The notes under the pieces were generated by a model that had not been told where the DNA came from, made no database searches, and saw only the letters and a program-made list of their open reading frames with translations. DNA of 64,000 bases from Lachnospiraceae bacterium (GTDB lineage: Bacteria; Bacillota; Clostridia; Lachnospirales; Lachnospiraceae). Position 1 is the stretch's first letter. Each line of letters opens with the position of its first letter. The DNA is taken from assembly GCA_900759665.1 (NCBI GenBank), contig CAAEWE010000058.1, forward strand, positions 11,100-75,099, written 5' to 3'. This document shows positions 18,400-26,861 of this stretch, in pieces. The position numbers and the translations under genes are program-made.

Positions 18400-19902
18400 C
18401 TACTTTCTAGTCCTCACCTTTTTCGTTGTACTCCATTTTCCTGTGACAATTTGATTATTGTTGGCACTGTTTCCATAAGCACATGCCCGAACGCAAATAT
18501 AATAGGTCTTTTTCTTCTTGAGATAAAGTGTTGCTTTCTTTCCCTCTTTCATTGCTACCCCTGCACCCTTAAAGTTCTTTTTGGTAGAGTACAAAATCGC
18601 ATAGAAATCAGCCCCTGCCACCTTCTTCCAGGTAACCTTCACTTTTCCGTGTTTCAATGGAGAAACTTTCTTGATCACCACTTTTCCCGGCTTTGACGGT
18701 ACTTTTTCATTGTCGATATCGACACGCTTCACAGACGATGGGGTTGCTGTCCGTGCCGCCGGTGCATTTGTCACCTGAGCTGCAGGTGTCCCGGTTGGCT
18801 GTGATTCCGTCTGTCCCGGTTTCGATGTCTCTGTTGCCGGCTGTTCCGGTTTTGATGTCTCTGTTGCCGGCTGTTCCGGTCTCGATGTAGATGTCGTATC
18901 CCCCATTGATACCTTTGTATCATCCGGAAGCTGGCTGCCAGAATTGTCCGGAGCCTTCGTCTGCGGAGGCAGTGTCACCTTGCATACCGGTGTCTCAGGA
19001 GCAGCCGGTTCCGGCGTAACCTCTGCCGGTGCCTGACCTGTAGTCGTAAAACTCCTCCTTGCATCCTTAAATTCCTGCCCCTCCACAACTGCATACAGTT
19101 CAAAATAATAGGTTGTTCCCGGAGTCAAAGTCATCTGCATATCATTATTCAGATTGCAGTTATAATTCACATAGCTTGTAGACAAACCACAATTTTCAGA
19201 ATAACTCTTAACCAGATTTCCATTTGCATTGTAAAGATAACATCCTACGGATGAGACCGTATGTTTATCCGGATTCATCACCTTAATATACATTTCCGCG
19301 TTTGTATCCCATACTCCATTTTGATTAAAGTCAGCAAATGTAATATTCGGAGTTGCCGGCTGTGCCGGTGTGTTGCCTGAATAAACCGGACGAATTGCAC
19401 AGGCTAATGCCGATATATTAAACCAGTTCTGAGTACAATAGGACTGATTATTAAAATTCTGATTCACCGCATTAAATCCCACGCTGTCTGCTGATGTAAT
19501 AATACCTACATGACCATACGCTGTCGTGCTGTAGGTACCGCAACTGTAATTCACCTTCCATACCGCAATATCTCCCGGCTGATAATCCCCGTACACTCTG
19601 ACCCATCCCGGCGGCAGTGCATTGGTGATATATGCATTAGCATTTCCTGTAGCATATCCTGCCACACCGAAATAATCATAATAATACTTGATCAGGTCTA
19701 CACACTGATTTCCATAAGCCCCATCGTAATCCAGCCCCTTGCCAATCTGAGCATTCGCCCATGCCACAGCTTCATCCCGCGTTGCGGCTTGCGCTGTCGC
19801 AGAATGACCTGCAAAGCTTCCGCAGATCACACTGGTAACCATAAGGGATACCGTCAAAATTACTGACAGAACCCGGCTTCCTGTTTTCTTTTTCATATGC
19901 AT
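18400..19902 (-). CDS. secreted CHAP-domain peptidoglycan hydrolase with a Thr/Pro-rich repeat linker and a basic C-terminal domain
   Basis: Signal peptide. CHAP Cys/His motifs (GNQCVDLIKYY ... YGHVGII). Three PEQPATETSK repeats. Lys-rich C-terminus. Confidence 0.75.
   Translation of the reverse strand: MHMKKKTGSRVLSVILTVSLMVTSVICGSFAGHSATAQAATRDEAVAWANAQIGKGLDYDGAYGNQCVDLIKYYYDYFGVAGYATGNANAYITNALPPGWVRVYGDYQPGDIAVWKVNYSCGTYSTTAYGHVGIITSADSVGFNAVNQNFNNQSYCTQNWFNISALACAIRPVYSGNTPAQPATPNITFADFNQNGVWDTNAEMYIKVMNPDKHTVSSVGCYLYNANGNLVKSYSENCGLSTSYVNYNCNLNNDMQMTLTPGTTYYFELYAVVEGQEFKDARRSFTTTGQAPAEVTPEPAAPETPVCKVTLPPQTKAPDNSGSQLPDDTKVSMGDTTSTSRPEQPATETSKPEQPATETSKPGQTESQPTGTPAAQVTNAPAARTATPSSVKRVDIDNEKVPSKPGKVVIKKVSPLKHGKVKVTWKKVAGADFYAILYSTKKNFKGAGVAMKEGKKATLYLKKKKTYYICVRACAYGNSANNNQIVTGKWSTTKKVRTRK
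18800..18890. repeat. 30-bp tandem repeat, 3 copies, encoding PEQPATETSK
   Basis: GTCTCTGTTGCCGGCTGTTCCGGTTTTGAT is repeated. Confidence 0.6.
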
Positions 19903-20254
19903 CTTCCTTTCTTTTTACTGTGTGATTTTTGTTTCCATGTCTATTGTAGCACATGGTATTCCACGAAATCTTTCCGTTTTTTTCAGTGTAGCTCTTCGCT
20001 AATTTCACATAGAAGGATTGTTACATTGTCCTTTCCTCCATTTTCAAGGGTATAGATATGATGTAAGAAAAGGTCTTTATTATCTAATGTATTTTGATTT
20101 TTTGTTTCTTTTTTAATTTATACCACATGAGTTTACTATAGTCTGTAAAAAATTTCATATTAGTCCATTGACTAAAAGTGAAAAAAATGGAAAAGTTTTA
20201 TTCCTTTCCATATGATAAACTGTAATAAAAATACTACCGGGAGGAATTAAACAC

Positions 20255-21211
20255 ATGGGATTAATAAATAATTTTATTTTCAACTCAATCAAACAAAAAG
20301 AAGACAATTTCACAAAAATAGTACGTGCTTATGATAATGGCGAAACCTGGGCACAAAAAGAATTTAATAATCTATTAAAAAATGGTGATCAAAATATCCT
20401 ATATCAAATTGACAGTATACGACAAAAAATCTATGCTAATGATGCAAAAAAAAATGATCCAAAAGCAATGTTTTATTATGGTATATCATCTCACGATTTC
20501 AATACATTTATGAGAATGTTAGTTCCATTGGCTGAACAAGGAAATGTAGATGCAATAATTGCCATAGCATCAGAATACTCACTTGGAACCATTACCTCAA
20601 GCAACGCCGAAGAAAGTTTTAAATGGTATTTAAAAGCTGCTCGCCTTGGAGATGTTTCCTCTCAAAATATCGTTGCATTGTCCTATACATGCAATGATGG
20701 ATGTGGCGAAATCAATTACGATAAAGCTTTTCATTGGTATTCTGCCTCCGCCAAACAAAACAATGCCAGTGGTTACTGTGGAATGGCAACCTGCTATGAA
20801 CATTGGCAAGATGAATTGGTCTTTCCACTACACGAAGCCACTTCCGTGCTGCACCAAAGGAATTATTCTGACATTAACGATGCCAGCCTTAAATATGACG
20901 AAAAGCGAATTGATTGTTATGAAACTGCACGGAACTTCATTTCAAACAATGATGAAGCTATCGAAACCTTCTACGGATTAGCAAAAAGCTATGCGTCAGC
21001 CAGCAAACATCTTTCTAATCAGAGCAATATACAAATGGCACAAAAATTGGCTATTTACTACTATTACGTAGCACACGACTGTGGTCACCCATATGGATTA
21101 AAATATGCAAAAGAGATTGCTGACAATAATAATATTTATGTCAATTTCTACAACATTGATGACTGGGCTGAAAAAGAAGGCATCATTACCTCTGAGCATG
21201 TAGAAAATTAG
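20255..21211 (+). CDS. Sel1-like repeat (SLR/TPR-like) protein, AT-rich
   Basis: Repeated A..WY.KAA..G motifs (KWYLKAARLGD, FHWYSASAKQNN). It is the only plus-strand gene in the accessory region and has an AT-rich upstream region. Confidence 0.65.
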   Translation: MGLINNFIFNSIKQKEDNFTKIVRAYDNGETWAQKEFNNLLKNGDQNILYQIDSIRQKIYANDAKKNDPKAMFYYGISSHDFNTFMRMLVPLAEQGNVDAIIAIASEYSLGTITSSNAEESFKWYLKAARLGDVSSQNIVALSYTCNDGCGEINYDKAFHWYSASAKQNNASGYCGMATCYEHWQDELVFPLHEATSVLHQRNYSDINDASLKYDEKRIDCYETARNFISNNDEAIETFYGLAKSYASASKHLSNQSNIQMAQKLAIYYYYVAHDCGHPYGLKYAKEIADNNNIYVNFYNIDDWAEKEGIITSEHVEN

Positions 21212-21216
21212 TAATC

Positions 21217-21257
21217 AAAAGGTCTGAACCACTCAACACGAGTGATTCAGACCTTTT
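21217..21257. terminator. bidirectional terminator between convergent genes
   Basis: AAAAGGTCTGAACCACTC-aacac-GAGTGATTCAGACCTTTTT: a 15-bp stem with an A-run on one side and a T-run on the other. Confidence 0.6.
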
Positions 21258-21281
21258 TACTTATTCCACCGACTATGTTAT

Positions 21282-21719
21282 TTAGCCTTCATTAAACGTT
21301 TCTTGAAATGCTTGTTGAAAAATATCATTCAAGACATCATAAAATGCATGCTCTTCCTTTTGATTTTTAGGTCCTAAAAGTGCTTTTCCAAGAATCCCCA
21401 TCTGCTGAGTTGATACTTCTCTTCTCCAGTTTTTACTGTCTCCAATCATATACTGTGTCAAATAACAACCATTTTCATTATTGTCAAATGCAAACGCATA
21501 TCCGTAATAATCCTTCATATGCATTGTATTATAGATTGTAATACATGGATACACCTTTCCAAGAAGTCCTTTTTTCTTACACTCATCTTTAGCAATCGTA
21601 AGGTTAATTCCATTCATCCTTGCCAATTCTGATATCTTCTGTGCAAACAAATCTAATGAAAAACCACTTCCACAAAATGCTGGATTACCACAAATTCTTT
21701 CATCTAATACTTTAATCAT
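21282..21719 (-). CDS. hypothetical protein (145 aa), last gene of the 11-gene operon
   Basis: Intact ORF with the same AT-rich composition and strand as the operon. No recognisable domain. Confidence 0.45.
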   Translation of the reverse strand: MIKVLDERICGNPAFCGSGFSLDLFAQKISELARMNGINLTIAKDECKKKGLLGKVYPCITIYNTMHMKDYYGYAFAFDNNENGCYLTQYMIGDSKNWRREVSTQQMGILGKALLGPKNQKEEHAFYDVLNDIFQQAFQETFNEG

Positions 21720-21791
21720 TTTTCTTTCGATGTATAAAACATCTGCTCCTTTCTACAAAATATGCTCACTTAAATTAAACAAGTAATTTAA

Positions 21792-21917
21792 TTAATGATC
21801 CTCTCCATATCTTGCTCTAACACAATGCCCACCTTCGCAAGATGAACGATCACTTGCCTCTGTATTAACTTTTACAGACACAACAACTTTTTTGATTTCT
21901 GGTTTTTGATAATTCAT
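21792..21917 (-). CDS. unannotated 41-aa peptide MNYQKPEIKKVVVSVKVNTEASDRSSCEGGHCVRARYGEDH, a candidate RiPP precursor
   Basis: ATG at 21917 lies 17 nt after the rSAM/SPASM stop (21935). AAAGGAGG RBS 9 nt upstream. TAA at 21792-21794. Too short for the track's 60-aa cutoff. Lys-rich N-terminus and a C-terminal C-x4-C-...-Y-G-E-D-H. Confidence 0.45.
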   Translation of the reverse strand: MNYQKPEIKKVVVSVKVNTEASDRSSCEGGHCVRARYGEDH

Positions 21918-21934
21918 AAAGTAATGCCTCCTTT

Positions 21935-23053
21935 CTACGGTTTTGCCAAATTTATCGCCTGTTCAAACGATATTTTATCCTCATAAAATGCCTTTCTTAT
22001 ATGAGCACTTTTACAAGCTTCTGAATCTCTATATTCCGGATTTCCATAAAGTAAATCCATTTCTGCCGGACAAATATCGCAATAATAGATCGACTCGCAT
22101 CCCTTACATTTATATTTATCCGATGCCACCAATTCCCCATATTTCCCAAACTCATCCCAAATCATGTCATAATTGCTTTTTTCCAGTTTTATTCCTCTGT
22201 GTCTTAATTTCATACACGGACACATATTGCCTTGGTAATCAATTACAAAACTATTCATTGCAACATTGCACGAATACACCTTTTCATTTTTTAACAACCA
22301 CTCTATAATCTGATCGTGATTAGATATCTTCTCTCGCGTTCCATTTGTTATCTGTGAGTAATAGTCCTCAAATTCATTCTTAAGCACAATATCCAAAGAA
22401 ATTCGATGGTTTCTTGGATCTTCATTTTTATCAATTGTTGGACAAATATCAAATGTATATACAAAAGGAATATCTAATCTTTCAGCAAGCTTTTTCATAT
22501 CAGTTAATTCTGGCAATGTGATATCAATAATCGGAGACTTCAATGAAATTCTCACACCTGCCTCCCTTATTTTAATACAATTTTCTATGACTCTTTCAAA
22601 CGCATTATGCACTCCTGTAACCTTGTAAAACGTCTCTTCATTTGCACCATATAACGAAATATCTACCAATAATGGAGGATATTTTTTTAATATCTCAATT
22701 AAATTATCAGTAAAAAAATATCCATTCGTAAACAGTTCTACTAGAAATCCTTTTTTCTTAGCATACAAATATATTTTATCAAAATCTTTTCTAGTTAATA
22801 TTTCTCCGCCCGTAAATGTTAAAAAAAGTATCCCTTTATCATATAAAATATCCATTATTTGCACTATTTGTTCATAGGTCATATCCTGTTCGCCATGAAA
22901 ATGCTGCAAATAACAATGTACACAATTAAAATTACATCTTGCAGTAATCTCAAATAAAACGGAGAATGGTTTTCTTTCCCTCATCCATTTTTCTCGCTTT
23001 TCTTCATTAAAATTTAAAATAGTCATATGTAACTTTTCATTAATTTCTTCCAT
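21935..23053 (-). CDS. radical SAM / SPASM-domain enzyme (second of two)
   Basis: CNFNCVHCY (CxxxCxxC) and C-terminal SPASM Cys clusters (CNVAMN...CPCMKL...CKGCESIYYCDICPAE). Start is 3 nt after the PqqD-like gene stop. Confidence 0.85.
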   Translation of the reverse strand: MEEINEKLHMTILNFNEEKREKWMRERKPFSVLFEITARCNFNCVHCYLQHFHGEQDMTYEQIVQIMDILYDKGILFLTFTGGEILTRKDFDKIYLYAKKKGFLVELFTNGYFFTDNLIEILKKYPPLLVDISLYGANEETFYKVTGVHNAFERVIENCIKIREAGVRISLKSPIIDITLPELTDMKKLAERLDIPFVYTFDICPTIDKNEDPRNHRISLDIVLKNEFEDYYSQITNGTREKISNHDQIIEWLLKNEKVYSCNVAMNSFVIDYQGNMCPCMKLRHRGIKLEKSNYDMIWDEFGKYGELVASDKYKCKGCESIYYCDICPAEMDLLYGNPEYRDSEACKSAHIRKAFYEDKISFEQAINLAKP

Positions 23054-23056
23054 CGA

Positions 23057-23338
23057 CTAGCATTCCTCCAAAAAACCTTCCTGTTTTAATGATTCAATAT
23101 AAACTTTAACATCTCTCAATAAGTCTTCTTCCGGAATTTTTTCCGAAATATTCTTCTTTAACGCTTCCACTAGTCCATATGCATTGATTGGTTTTGACAA
23201 CTGTTCCCAAAGGAATTCTCCTATTTCATTAAGTTGATATAAAAAACACTCATCATCAAAATAGTTTTGCGTTGCATCAATTAAAAATATCTCACCATGT
23301 ATATTTCTCTTTATAACATCTTTTCTTCTTGTAATCAT
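23057..23338 (-). CDS. PqqD-family peptide chaperone (RiPP recognition element)
   Basis: 93 aa: IHGEIFLIDATQNYFDDECFLYQLNEIGEFLWEQL...DVKVYIESLKQEGFL matches the PqqD/RRE pattern. Confidence 0.75.
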   Translation of the reverse strand: MITRRKDVIKRNIHGEIFLIDATQNYFDDECFLYQLNEIGEFLWEQLSKPINAYGLVEALKKNISEKIPEEDLLRDVKVYIESLKQEGFLEEC

Positions 23339-23396
23339 ATCGTATGTCTTCCCATTCCCTTTCGCTCAGCACAGCACCTACAATGCTCCACAAAAT

Positions 23397-23849
23397 TTAT
23401 ATATCATCCGCTTCTTCTGGAAGTTCAAACTCTTCTTTATTTAAATTTTCATTTGTCAAGGAAAAAAATTCTTCCTGTTTTCGACCTTCTTGATCTGTAA
23501 TCGTATATTTTCCTATTATTGCATGCGGACGCCAAGTATTTTCCTGATAATAGGGCTCAATTTCAACGTGTACATCATTACCATGCTCTAATTTATTAGC
23601 CCAAGTGTTTTCCAATGTTTTATATGCACTCCTGTTTATAAAACGATTCTGTGCAATCAAATTATCTAATTCGCCACTTCCACCAAACCGGCTTCCGATC
23701 AAATGTCCTCCATCGTCCGCATCGTGCCGAAATACACCTCCCGCTTTTAATTGAGCGGAAGCATTTCTTACTCCCCTTTCTAAATGTAAATCTCCCTCTG
23801 CCAAAACAATCCTGCCGTCATCATCTTTTTCATATGAATATCCATTCAT
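23397..23849 (-). CDS. mini DNA/RNA non-specific endonuclease of the DRGH / beta-beta-alpha-Me type (Endonuclease_NS-like)
   Basis: DDGGHLIGSRFGGSG...NLIAQNRFINRS...LENTWANKLE resembles the DRGH..N..PQ..N..W..E active-site region of Serratia/NucA-type nucleases. Only 150 aa. Confidence 0.5.
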   Translation of the reverse strand: MNGYSYEKDDDGRIVLAEGDLHLERGVRNASAQLKAGGVFRHDADDGGHLIGSRFGGSGELDNLIAQNRFINRSAYKTLENTWANKLEHGNDVHVEIEPYYQENTWRPHAIIGKYTITDQEGRKQEEFFSLTNENLNKEEFELPEEADDI

Positions 23850-23860
23850 TTCATAAGAAT

Positions 23861-24199
23861 TTACCTCATCTTTTTTTTTACATACTCATAAACCTCTGGT
23901 TCTTCATCTTCCCCAATCTCCTCCCACTCATCAAGCATCTGACTTAATTCATCAGAAATATCTTGTTCTTCATAATCTTCTCTGACATCAGATTCCATGT
24001 CCCCAACTTCTTCATATTCCTCTGAAATATCGACTTCATCATCGTAATATTCTGCAACTTCATCATAGTCAATATCACTTGAATCATACTCCACATCTGT
24101 AATATCAAGCATATCATCCAACACTGGAGTATCTACAACATCACTGCCGATATCATCCACATATTCCGTATCAAAACTCATATCATCCATTCTTCTCAT
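23861..24199 (-). CDS. highly acidic Asp/Glu/Tyr-rich protein (112 aa); possible nuclease inhibitor or DNA mimic
   Basis: Over 45% Asp plus Glu. Sits between the ATPase and nuclease genes. Overlaps the ATPase stop by 17 nt. Confidence 0.5.
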   Translation of the reverse strand: MRRMDDMSFDTEYVDDIGSDVVDTPVLDDMLDITDVEYDSSDIDYDEVAEYYDDEVDISEEYEEVGDMESDVREDYEEQDISDELSQMLDEWEEIGEDEEPEVYEYVKKKMR

Positions 24200-26855
24200 C
24201 CCCTTTCCTCTCTTTTGTAAACAAGGTAATCAATTTAATCTTTTCTTTATCATCCATTTTGTATAATCTGTCATTCAACTGAAGTTTTCGAAACAATTTA
24301 ATTCTTACACAAATAACAAATCCTCGATCATCTCTGTACCCCATCGCTGCCATCTTTTTTCCGAAAAGTAACGGAATACTTAAAAAAACACCTCTAATTG
24401 TTCTTTTTCTATCTGCATTCTTATATAATGCATCAACACAAACCGCATAGGCCTCACTGGAAATATATTCTGCATCCGCCTTTATTCTAAAATTACAACC
24501 TTTACCATATAATCCGCACAAATAACACTCTTTATATGGACACAATAACTTTTGTTTATCATCCCAGTAATGCATGAATTTTCTAATCAGATCATTGTCT
24601 ATACTTAATTTAATTTGCTTCTTTTCTCTTATATCCTCCGTCATCACAAGCTGCGGTTTACTAAATGCTGTAGAATAAACATATGCTTCACCAACTTGCA
24701 AACAAGAAAGATTTTCTTCCATTTCTGCATCCATATTGGTACTGTCCGCAATCAGTCTCCGTTCTGATGCCTCCACAAGCCGAAACACAATTTTGGTATC
24801 AGAAGCAGCAATGATATCATGAGTCACTTTTGACGGTGATTGATCCGCAATAATAACACCCGTTCCATACGCCCTGATTTCTTTAAGCATCCTTTGTAAT
24901 GATCTCACTGTTGATGATCCTGCAGAAATATCTGAATTATCTCCTCTCTCTTCTGGTGATAACAGAACATGTGCCTCATCAATCATCAAAACATTCTTGA
25001 GGTTGGTTCCTATACTTGAACTATTTATCTTGGTATATGCACAAACATCAACCAACAATAATGCCATGATCAATGCTTTTTGCTCCATGTTTTCTATGGA
25101 ATTTAGTTCTATGATTGTCGGTCTTGAAATTAAATCTTCAATAGGTATGGTATTGATCGAATCATAAATATTGCTATTCATGTCAATTAAATTCATCAAT
25201 CTCATAACACCTGCTGTTTCCAAATTTGATTTTACATCCTTGCTATAATTTGATGTTTGGAGCAATTTCTTAAATACTATAATAAATTCATGTAAACCAA
25301 ATATAGTAACATCCTTGTCATCAGATGTACTATAATTTTTCCATCCGTATTTCGTATAGCATTGTTGTATAGCGTTTTGGAATAATAAATCTAATGGTGA
25401 TGGCATAGAAAAAGCAGCCATAAATGCACTTACCAAAACAGGTTTATATTGCTCCACCGTAATTCCTTTTAATGGAATAAACGGATTAATGATAAATGGG
25501 GAAACACTAACATTTCCCGGTGTAAAAATTTGTATATCCGGCAATTGTTCTATCAAAGCTCTATACTCTGTCTTAGTCGGTTCGACTATCAAAAACGGAA
25601 TGTTTCTTTCAGCAAGTTGCAACATCAAATTGATAGAAAAGGTTGTTTTGCCGGTTCCTGGCATTCCCACAATCAATACATGCTTTGACAGTATTCTTTG
25701 GTCACATCCAATAGTAACTTTTTTCATATCTGATGATATTAATTGCCCAAACTTTATATTAGAATCACTAATAACCTCTTCTTTTAACTGCTCTCTTTGC
25801 TTTTTATATCTGTTTTCCTCAATGCCAGACATATTTCCATCATAAACCGGCAAACGAAAAAAAGAACTTATCTCTTCAATCGTCATCATCAAGGGAAGTC
25901 GGTACAAATAATTAGAGAGCGGAATATATTTACGAATTTTCATATTTCTATATTTGTGCATTAATAATGCACTCACATTCCATATATAATTAGGAAATTC
26001 ATCGATTATATTGCCGACACTTTTTGATATATCAATACAATTTCCCTCAAAACTACCAATATTACTGTCTCCACCTTTTAAAAGACCAATAATTTTAGCA
26101 GATAAAATAGCACAATCTTCTCTTGTTCCAAAAACCAATAAATTTGACAAAAACATAGGAGCATCCCGATTATCTTTATAATAAGATAATACTTCAAACG
26201 GTTCCTGAGCACATGTATCTTTTAAAAGCTGTCCATTAACAGGTATTCCTTTTGATAATCCTTCCAGTTCAGAACAATGTTGTATTAATATTGTAATTTC
26301 ATTATCATACAATTTTGTTGGTAATATACTAAACGAAATACCACAATTCTCCATCTGACTCAAGGCATTAATCAGAGACGCCAACCCCTCAGTATTATCT
26401 GATGGAATAATCTCTGTATAATAAAATGGACAAACACTAGACGGATTAATAACTACTTTTTCCTTTTTCTCCACAGCATACACCATACTTTTAACATCCT
26501 GTCTCCAAAGGTAATCAAAAGTTTGATGGCAATGTTCTGAGTCCTGACAAGAATATCCAAAATCCGATACTACATTTTGAATGTTATTTATAAGCATTTT
26601 AACGCTTGATACTGCTCCTGTACTTACATTGTCTATCTTTCGCACAACAATATAAATATGTATTTTCGAGGTATATGATTGATTATCAACTTTCTCAGTC
26701 AACCAAATAATTTCATAAGCAACATTCTGATTATCAAGTCTATACAACTCTCCTAAAACATTTTCAAAATCTGAAATTGTGTCTGAGAAAGTAACAATTT
26801 CCAGCATATCAACTGCCAAAAAACGATTGTCTGCTAATTCATACACCTGTACCAT
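24183..26855 (-). CDS. HerA/FtsK-superfamily P-loop ATPase (890 aa) with an unknown ~390-aa N-terminal domain and a C-terminal Cys cluster
   Basis: Walker A VGMPGTGKTT followed by LIVEPTKTEYRAL (HerA-like). Walker B LMIDEAHVLL. FtsK/HerA-type motif VIIADQSPSKV...KIVFRLV. C-terminal CPYKECYLCGLYGKGC. Confidence 0.65.
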   Translation of the reverse strand: MVQVYELADNRFLAVDMLEIVTFSDTISDFENVLGELYRLDNQNVAYEIIWLTEKVDNQSYTSKIHIYIVVRKIDNVSTGAVSSVKMLINNIQNVVSDFGYSCQDSEHCHQTFDYLWRQDVKSMVYAVEKKEKVVINPSSVCPFYYTEIIPSDNTEGLASLINALSQMENCGISFSILPTKLYDNEITILIQHCSELEGLSKGIPVNGQLLKDTCAQEPFEVLSYYKDNRDAPMFLSNLLVFGTREDCAILSAKIIGLLKGGDSNIGSFEGNCIDISKSVGNIIDEFPNYIWNVSALLMHKYRNMKIRKYIPLSNYLYRLPLMMTIEEISSFFRLPVYDGNMSGIEENRYKKQREQLKEEVISDSNIKFGQLISSDMKKVTIGCDQRILSKHVLIVGMPGTGKTTFSINLMLQLAERNIPFLIVEPTKTEYRALIEQLPDIQIFTPGNVSVSPFIINPFIPLKGITVEQYKPVLVSAFMAAFSMPSPLDLLFQNAIQQCYTKYGWKNYSTSDDKDVTIFGLHEFIIVFKKLLQTSNYSKDVKSNLETAGVMRLMNLIDMNSNIYDSINTIPIEDLISRPTIIELNSIENMEQKALIMALLLVDVCAYTKINSSSIGTNLKNVLMIDEAHVLLSPEERGDNSDISAGSSTVRSLQRMLKEIRAYGTGVIIADQSPSKVTHDIIAASDTKIVFRLVEASERRLIADSTNMDAEMEENLSCLQVGEAYVYSTAFSKPQLVMTEDIREKKQIKLSIDNDLIRKFMHYWDDKQKLLCPYKECYLCGLYGKGCNFRIKADAEYISSEAYAVCVDALYKNADRKRTIRGVFLSIPLLFGKKMAAMGYRDDRGFVICVRIKLFRKLQLNDRLYKMDDKEKIKLITLFTKERKGDEKNG

Positions 26856-26861
26856 ACTTTA

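Noticed and set aside
17711-18890. Tandem DNA repeats (39-bp and 30-bp units) checked as a possible CRISPR array
   Set aside because: The units are directly adjacent with no spacers and are in-frame coding repeats. No cas genes are present.
24183-26855. Possibility that the 890-aa ATPase is a conjugative coupling protein (VirD4/TraG) marking an ICE
   Set aside because: No relaxase, VirB4, pilin or other T4SS genes nearby. The Walker-A-proximal LIVEPTKTEY motif fits HerA better. Still needs HMM confirmation.
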